Positions 62,101 to 64,000 of a stretch of DNA of 64,000 nucleotides are shown one piece after another. The stretch covers positions 1 to 64,000 of the forward strand of contig NW_015171606.1 in NCBI RefSeq assembly GCF_001447785.1, read 5' to 3'. The translations under genes and the position numbers were made by a program. The notes beneath the pieces are model-generated. The model did not search any database. It had not been told where the DNA came from and saw nothing but the letters and a program-made list of their open reading frames with translations. Every line of letters begins with the position of its first letter. Position 1 is the first letter of the stretch. The stretch is from Gekko japonicus. Lineage: Eukaryota.

Positions 62101-63407
62101 CAACCATGCAAAGAAGAGAAGAGACCCCTGCCTCCCTAACCACTATAGTTCTCAGGAGTATTGGGCCATATACACAGGCTCGGAAGAATTCTTTTTTAAA
62201 TGGATTCTGAGTCTGACCTATCAGACGGCAGAGTTGCAATCCTAAGTACATTGAATACTATAAGATTTATGTCTTAATAAACACAGTGCCTTAAGGTTTA
62301 GGTTTACACATGCCAATTCTTTTTTTTTAAGGGGAAAAAATTGGGAGCCCTCCAAAAAAGGGCAGGTACTAGAAAGAAAGAGTGAAGGAAAGGGCAGCCT
62401 CCCACCTGGAGAAGAGGATATGCCATTAAAGTTGGCTTCAGATTTTATGCAGGGTGCACATATACATCACTGCCTGCCAGCCAAGCCTTGATCATGGCAG
62501 CTGAAGGGAGGGAGCTTGGCTGGAGGAAGATGTGGGAAGGGAATCCTATAAGCTCCCCTGCTAAAAGAGTATTCCTTCCCTCTCGACCCAAGGGTGCCAA
62601 TCACCAGTTCTTGCAATCACAGATGCATGAGAAGACTCCTAGTTGGAGTGGGTGAGGAAGGAGAGGTGGAAGCAAGCAAGGCAAGAAGGGTGTGGTCACA
62701 CAGCAAGCTTACCGGGATTTGTTCCTGTTGTAGATTTGATCGGGGATATTTTTTAGCGGGTTCGGATGATCACACATCCCTTGCCCAACCGCTTGCCTCG
62801 CACGTCAAGGCTCCAGGCACCGTCCAAACAGCCACGCTGGCCAAGTGGCAGCGAGGCGGATTATTTTTTTTAAAAAAAAATCTTTGTGCATGTGCATATA
62901 TGCATGCGCAAATCACATCTCCCGCTTGGATGCAGCGTTTTCCCCTCAAACAGCAAACAACATGAACTACCGATGTGCAAACGAGCGCTGGTCTATGTGC
63001 GCTTGAGTATTCATGCATTTAATACATTCAGCACAGGATTGGTCATGCACACAATGGTGAAAGCCGGAGAGGGAAAAAACTACCGCAAGAAGGACGTACA
63101 GATGACCTAATCACATTCATAGTGAGAGATGGCTGTCCAGATAGGAGAAATTGTGGATTCACAGCGCACGTAGTAGGAAAATACTTGATTTTCCTGGTGT
63201 GTCAGAAAATGCACTAGAAAACCGGGAGGATTGCGGTGGTGAATCTGCTTCGATGGGGGGGACAGAATCAGCTGTCTGACCAGCCCTTTTCATTATTATT
63301 TTTCTAGATTGATCTTCAGACGTTCCTAACTCTCACAGATCAGGATCTAAAAGAGCTTGGGATTACTACTTTTGGTGCACGAAGGAAAATGCTGCTTGCA
63401 ATCTCAG
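11117..63407 (+). CDS. BICC1: BICC1 (Bicaudal-C homolog 1, KH/SAM RNA-binding protein), partial gene span: 17 coding exons equivalent to human exons 4-20
   Basis: Exon translations match vertebrate BICC1 in order ([11 protein letters not shown]..., [12 protein letters not shown] GxxG KH loop, ..., [36 protein letters not shown]). Splice phases are compatible throughout. Confidence 0.98.
11952..12482. mobile_element. hAT-like MITE (TAGGGYTGCCAA TIR), CpG-rich, carrying a nested MITE
   Basis: TSD cagcattc/caacattc at 11944-11951 and 12483-12490. Confidence 0.85.
11982..12187. mobile_element. hAT MITE (CARTGTTCCCTCTAAGCTG TIR), nested
   Basis: 19-bp TIRs; 8-bp TSD gtggcggg; second copy at 49436-49658. 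Confidence 0.9.
12937..13233. mobile_element. hAT MITE with 8-bp TSD agggcagg
   Basis: caggcc...ggccctg termini; TSD at 12929-12936 and 13234-13241. Confidence 0.75.
13479..13760. mobile_element. Penelope-like element remnant (inverted pLTR arrangement) with a degenerate hammerhead motif
   Basis: gggtagccgtgttgg...gagtccagtggcacc terminus; internal inverted repeat; CTGAAGA-A-stemII-AAAA-GCTT at 13727-13760; TSD ccctaagacata at 13467-13478 and 13761-13772. Confidence 0.8.
16133..16343 (-). mobile_element. hAT-like MITE (same family as 1678-1870)
   Basis: agggttgcca...tggcagcct termini; shared internal sequence. Confidence 0.65.
16528..16651. mobile_element. Penelope-like remnant with hammerhead motif on the minus strand
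   Basis: TSD ttttactgca at 16518-16527 and 16652-16661; ggcacctttaagaccaacaaag terminal motif. Confidence 0.8.
16575..16612 (-). ncRNA. Minimal type I hammerhead ribozyme-like motif with U3:A8 core
   Basis: Minus strand reads TTGATAA-A-GTGTGC-GT-GCACAC-GAAA-GC-TC-ATACC. Confidence 0.6.
17424..18148. repeat. Long inverted repeat (~170-bp arms), foldback-like element
   Basis: 17424-17600 is the reverse complement of ~17980-18148 with scattered mismatches. Confidence 0.85.
17601..17880 (-). mobile_element. Squam3/MIR-like SINE
   Basis: Family consensus, (gaa)n tail, short TSD atctga. Confidence 0.85.
18402..18560 (+). CDS. BICC1: BICC1 exon 5 equivalent (159 bp): [53 protein letters not shown]
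   Basis: cccttttgcag acceptor, gtgagt donor; KH domain GKGG loop. Confidence 0.97.
18935..19180 (-). mobile_element. Squam3/MIR-like SINE
   Basis: Similar to the other copies. Confidence 0.8.
19785..19972 (+). mobile_element. Squam3/MIR-like SINE (3' truncated)
   Basis: GAGCCAGTCTGGTGTAGTGGTTAGG head. Confidence 0.8.
20535..20762 (+). mobile_element. Sauria SINE (5' truncated)
   Basis: Body plus acctttac tail match the other copies. Confidence 0.85.
21485..21538 (+). CDS. BICC1: BICC1 exon 6 equivalent (54 bp): [18 protein letters not shown]
   Basis: tttccacag acceptor, gtaaat donor; translation match. Confidence 0.95.
22644..22838 (+). CDS. BICC1: BICC1 exon 7 equivalent (195 bp): [15 protein letters not shown]...[10 protein letters not shown]
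   Basis: ttctag acceptor, gtaata donor; KH-like domain. Confidence 0.97.
23143..23579 (-). mobile_element. hAT MITE (same termini as the 6935 family, different interior)
   Basis: 8-bp TSD cttgtaca at 23135-23142 and 23580-23587. Confidence 0.85.
23730..23890 (+). mobile_element. tRNA-Ala-like SINE with CR1-type tail (internally deleted)
   Basis: TGGCTCAGTGGCAGAGC box A; tail aatataaggcagcttcat. Confidence 0.75.
23989..24719. mobile_element. hAT-like MITE (TAGGGATGCCA), containing a nested Squam3 SINE
   Basis: 8-bp TSD acaaagcc at 23981-23988 and 24720-24727. Confidence 0.8.
24198..24485 (-). mobile_element. Squam3/MIR-like SINE
   Basis: Family consensus. Confidence 0.85.
24883..25233 (+). 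mobile_element. Sauria SINE, full length
   Basis: 13-bp TSD ttaataacctgtt at 24870-24882 and 25234-25246. Confidence 0.9.
25665..25875 (-). mobile_element. 5S rRNA-derived SINE
   Basis: ggtctcccatccaagtactgacc...ccctgctt is the reverse complement of the 5S A/C box region. Confidence 0.7.
26062..26313 (+). CDS. BICC1: BICC1 exon 8 equivalent (252 bp): [12 protein letters not shown]...VCLARQYLM
   Basis: aaacag acceptor, gtaaat donor; KH domain GRNG loop. Confidence 0.97.
26425..26567. mobile_element. SPIN (Space Invader) non-autonomous hAT MITE, URR1-like, one end deleted
   Basis: CAGCGGTTCTCAACCTGTGGGTCGCGACCC...TTTTATGGTTGGGGGGGTCACCACAACATGAGGAACTGTATT matches the recalled SPIN/URR1 termini; flanks ctctagtg/ttctagtg. 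Confidence 0.8.
28626..28684 (+). mobile_element. Sauria SINE 3' fragment
   Basis: ctagagtcggattcgactggctttc...(accttt)n. Confidence 0.75.
29052..29454. repeat. 137-bp direct repeat (29052-29188 and 29318-29454)
   Basis: Two near-identical copies separated by ~130 bp of unrelated sequence. Confidence 0.9.
29786..29917 (+). CDS. BICC1: BICC1 exon 9 equivalent (132 bp): [44 protein letters not shown]
   Basis: cttttcag acceptor, gtgggt donor; translation match. Confidence 0.96.
30365..30597 (-). mobile_element. Squam3/MIR-like SINE, divergent subfamily
   Basis: CORE-like region and ctccagattagag head. Confidence 0.65.
30917..31124. repeat. CpG-rich palindromic (hairpin) element, probably a MITE
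   Basis: ~100-bp arms around the 8-nt loop caaaaaac (31016-31023). Confidence 0.85.
31935..32218 (-). mobile_element. Squam3/MIR-like SINE
   Basis: Family consensus. Confidence 0.85.
32545..32705 (-). mobile_element. CR1 LINE 3' UTR fragment
   Basis: aacataagaacgtaagagaagcc tail repeat in reverse. Confidence 0.8.
32850..34219 (-). mobile_element. L1-like LINE 5' part with a frameshifted ORF1 (coiled coil plus C-terminal [13 protein letters not shown] motif)
   Basis: Minus ORFs 33591-34136 (heptad-rich) and 33152-33469 resemble reptile L1 ORF1p; runs into the gap. Confidence 0.65.
35499..35685 (+). CDS. BICC1: BICC1 exon 10 equivalent (187 bp): [23 protein letters not shown]...GLGLTGL
   Basis: Long pyrimidine tract ending in acag, gtacaa donor; translation match. 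Confidence 0.96.
36135..36409 (-). mobile_element. tRNA-Ala-like SINE with CR1-type tail, containing a small insertion
   Basis: catgaagctgcc tail and gattgaacctggg box B in reverse. Confidence 0.75.
36622..36780 (+). CDS. BICC1: BICC1 exon 11 equivalent (159 bp): (G)[23 protein letters not shown]...IANTSAT
   Basis: ggtgcag acceptor; non-canonical GC donor (CAG|GCAAGT) at 36781. Confidence 0.93.
36905..37101 (+). CDS. BICC1: BICC1 exon 12 equivalent (197 bp): (G)[14 protein letters not shown]...LNGHVK
   Basis: cttgcttgcag acceptor, gtaaac donor; translation match. Confidence 0.96.
37160..38039. mobile_element. hAT MITE (caggagtccc...gggaccctg) interrupted by a solo LTR
   Basis: Imperfect TIRs; flanks gcttagat/ctttagat. 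Confidence 0.65.
37399..37886 (-). mobile_element. Solo LTR (TG...CA)
   Basis: TGTCAGG...CCTGACA inverted ends; 5-bp TSD gcagc/acagc; AATAAA on the minus strand near 37455. Confidence 0.75.
38311..38617. mobile_element. hAT-like MITE (TAGGSTTGCCAA TIR), CpG-rich, inserted in a Penelope-like remnant
   Basis: 8-bp TSD gtcatggg at 38303-38310 and 38618-38625. Confidence 0.88.
39180..40500. promoter_or_regulatory. Intragenic CpG island with promoter-like features (BICC1 intron 12)
   Basis: Very GC- and CpG-rich non-repeat block; GC box ccccgccc near 39904; ACTACA motifs at 39861 and 40477; minus-strand donor CTG|GTGAGT at 39772. Confidence 0.7.
40967..41108 (+). CDS. BICC1: BICC1 exon 13 equivalent (142 bp): [47 protein letters not shown]
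   Basis: ttctag acceptor, gtggaa donor; resembles mammalian KYG..SLGEKVLS.NHGDPS; phase 0 to phase 1 fits neighbouring exons; not in the ORF track. Confidence 0.9.
41498..41680 (+). mobile_element. Penelope-like remnant (second family) with inverted pLTR fragments and a hammerhead motif
   Basis: TSD tctctcttgtta at 41486-41497 and 41681-41692; inverted repeat 41530-41562/41648-41680; CCT-CTGAGAA-C-stemII-GAAA-CG-TC-AGG at 41587-41627. Confidence 0.8.
42515..42842 (+). mobile_element. Sauria SINE
   Basis: TSD tttattatagg at 42504-42514 and 42843-42853. Confidence 0.88.
42918..43220 (+). mobile_element. AT-rich LINE (L1-like) 3' UTR insertion
   Basis: 19-bp TSD gcaagaaaactttatcaaa at 42899-42917 and 43221-43239; aataaa plus A-rich end. 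Confidence 0.65.
43503..43659 (+). CDS. BICC1: BICC1 exon 14 equivalent (157 bp): (G)[17 protein letters not shown]...[10 protein letters not shown](H)
   Basis: ttccttgcag acceptor, gtatgt donor; translation match. Confidence 0.96.
44060..44497 (+). mobile_element. CR1 LINE 3' fragment
   Basis: [10 protein letters not shown]...[15 protein letters not shown]; (ttcttatg)n tail. Confidence 0.9.
45076..45165. repeat. Tandem duplication, ~46-bp unit x2
   Basis: gaatggtattagaaagaagccatattgaagtggcagccatcttg occurs twice. Confidence 0.9.
45275..45560 (-). mobile_element. Squam3/MIR-like SINE
   Basis: Family consensus. Confidence 0.85.
45612..45880 (+). mobile_element. Squam3/MIR-like SINE (head-to-head with the previous copy)
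   Basis: Family consensus. Confidence 0.85.
46280..46475. mobile_element. hAT-like MITE (TAGGGYTGCCAAA TIR), CpG-rich
   Basis: 8-bp TSD actatgta at 46272-46279 and 46476-46483. Confidence 0.9.
47318..47872 (+). mobile_element. CR1 LINE 3' fragment (ORF2 end intact)
   Basis: [32 protein letters not shown]...; 3' tail repeat. Confidence 0.93.
48679..48844 (+). CDS. BICC1: BICC1 exon 15 equivalent (166 bp): [55 protein letters not shown]
   Basis: ttttacag acceptor, gtattg donor; translation match. Confidence 0.95.
49436..49658. mobile_element. hAT MITE (same family as 11982-12187)
   Basis: cagtgttccctctaagct...agcttagagggagcattg. Confidence 0.8.
50254..50293 (+). CDS. BICC1: BICC1 exon 16 equivalent (40 bp): [13 protein letters not shown]
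   Basis: ttttag acceptor, gtatgt donor; translation match. Confidence 0.95.
50520..50641 (+). mobile_element. CR1 3' UTR fragment
   Basis: ctggactggatggaccactggtctgatccagcagggctcttcttatgttcttatg. Confidence 0.8.
51346..51934 (-). mobile_element. Probable solo LTR
   Basis: ggtaatg...cattaca near-inverted ends; minus-strand AATAAA near 51445; no clear TSD. Confidence 0.45.
52018..52172 (+). CDS. BICC1: BICC1 exon 17 equivalent (155 bp): (A)[51 protein letters not shown]
   Basis: Poly-T tract ending in ctcaag, gtatgt donor; conserved Bic-C motif [18 protein letters not shown]. Confidence 0.97.
52370..52510 (+). mobile_element. 5S rRNA-derived SINE
   Basis: CGCCCGATCTCATCAGATCTCAGAAGCTAAGCAGGGTCGGCCCTGGCTGGTATTTGGATGGGCGACC. 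Confidence 0.8.
52857..52892. repeat. 12-bp tandem repeat (tgatgatactta)x3
   Basis: Seen directly. Confidence 0.9.
53066..53275 (+). mobile_element. tRNA-Ala-like SINE with CR1-type tail
   Basis: Box A/B head; cagtataagggagcttcatgt tail. Confidence 0.8.
53322..53604 (-). mobile_element. Squam3/MIR-like SINE
   Basis: Family consensus. Confidence 0.85.
56195..56817 (+). mobile_element. CR1 3' fragment interrupted by BovB
   Basis: [14 protein letters not shown] before the insertion; CR1 3' UTR resumes at 56621. Confidence 0.85.
56341..56620 (+). mobile_element. BovB (RTE) LINE 3' fragment
   Basis: [40 protein letters not shown]...[13 protein letters not shown]; TSD atggagga at 56333-56340 and 56621-56628. 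Confidence 0.92.
57035..58010 (-). mobile_element. tRNA-Ala-like SINE split by a CR1 insertion
   Basis: Tail half at 57035-57072, head half at 57837-58010. Confidence 0.8.
57073..57836 (-). mobile_element. CR1 LINE 3' part (208-aa open ORF2 end)
   Basis: ERDLGVVVD...[14 protein letters not shown]...[11 protein letters not shown]. Confidence 0.95.
58068..58462 (+). mobile_element. hAT MITE (near-identical to 6935-7330)
   Basis: 8-bp TSD gttataag at 58060-58067 and 58463-58470. Confidence 0.9.
58543..58699 (+). CDS. BICC1: BICC1 exon 18 equivalent (157 bp): [17 protein letters not shown]...[10 protein letters not shown]
   Basis: ttcttacag acceptor, gtaatg donor; translation match. Confidence 0.96.
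58940..59140 (+). mobile_element. Old CR1 3' UTR fragment
   Basis: Degenerate gatgctggaccagatg...catccagcagagttcttatg. Confidence 0.55.
59838..59998 (+). CDS. BICC1: BICC1 exon 19 equivalent (161 bp): (T)[21 protein letters not shown]...[18 protein letters not shown] (start of SAM)
   Basis: tgtccag acceptor, gtcagt donor; SAM motif LGLGKY. Confidence 0.97.
60135..61980 (-). pseudogene. Decayed hAT (Charlie/Buster/SPIN-like) transposon with transposase pseudogene
   Basis: Minus strand [36 protein letters not shown] (zinc finger) and [17 protein letters not shown]...[14 protein letters not shown]; terminus caggggtccccaacct at 60135; many stops and frameshifts. Confidence 0.85.
63308..63407 (+). 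CDS. BICC1: BICC1 exon 20 equivalent (100 bp): [33 protein letters not shown] (SAM domain)
   Basis: tttctag acceptor, gtaaac donor; SAM consensus. Confidence 0.97.
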
Positions 63408-64000
63408 GTAAACAAGACCACCAGTTCTTGTACATCTTATCCAAGAACCCCTTCATTTCTCGGTCTGTCAGGGTGCTACAAGAACGGTAGGAGTGTGCAT
63501 TCAGCTATATCCAAGCAAAAAAATAAAATTTAAAAAAAAAACCTTATCAGTATTTTCTGGCCATTCTTTCAGCCAAATATAGATGTAGGGGTTTTTTTGG
63601 CTATCCAAAATGGCCAAGCCCCCCAAATCCTGAAAATATTTGAGATTTTTTGGGACCAACAGATAGTCGGAGTTAAAAGGCTTTTAAAGGATTGCAGCCC
63701 CTTTAAATGCCTTCCGGGTGAACGCACCACTTGGAGAAGGTGTTGAAAGGGACTGCAAGCCCTTCAAATGCCTTCGGAGGTCATTCGCAGCTTAGAGAAG
63801 GCATTTAAAGGGACCACGGTCTTTTTGAACACCTTTTCCCTCTCCATTGAATCCAGTGGAGGATGGGAGCACCTTCTATGGGGGCCCATAGAGTTGGACC
63901 CCTGGTCCAATCTTTTTGAAACTTGGGGGGGTTGAGGAGCTATGCTGCAAATTTGGTGCCTCTACCTCAAAAAACAGCCTCCTCGAGGCACAAATACCCC

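Overview
Vertebrate (squamate, most likely gecko) genomic DNA with five assembly gaps. The window holds 17 consecutive coding exons of BICC1 (Bicaudal-C homolog 1) on the + strand. They correspond to human exons 4-20 (KH domains, Ser/Gly-rich linker, start of the SAM domain). All splice in frame, with GT-AG introns except one GC-AG intron. Exons 1-3 and 21 lie outside the window. The introns are dense with squamate transposons: Sauria SINE, Squam3/MIR-like SINE, a tRNA-Ala-like SINE with a CR1-type tail, a 5S-derived SINE, CR1, BovB, L1, RTE-X-like, Penelope-like remnants, several hAT MITE families with 8-bp TSDs, a SPIN-type MITE, a decayed hAT transposase and solo LTRs, often nested. Main leads: (1) Penelope-associated minimal hammerhead ribozyme motifs, three of which share a compensatory U3:A8 core instead of C3:G8; (2) a ~1.3-kb promoter-like CpG island in intron 12, with a consensus minus-strand splice donor, just upstream of an in-frame ATG in exon 13; (3) several long inverted repeats that would form dsRNA in the pre-mRNA. 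Family names, human exon numbering and human/mouse protein comparisons come from recall, not from database searches. Repeat boundaries without TSDs are approximate.
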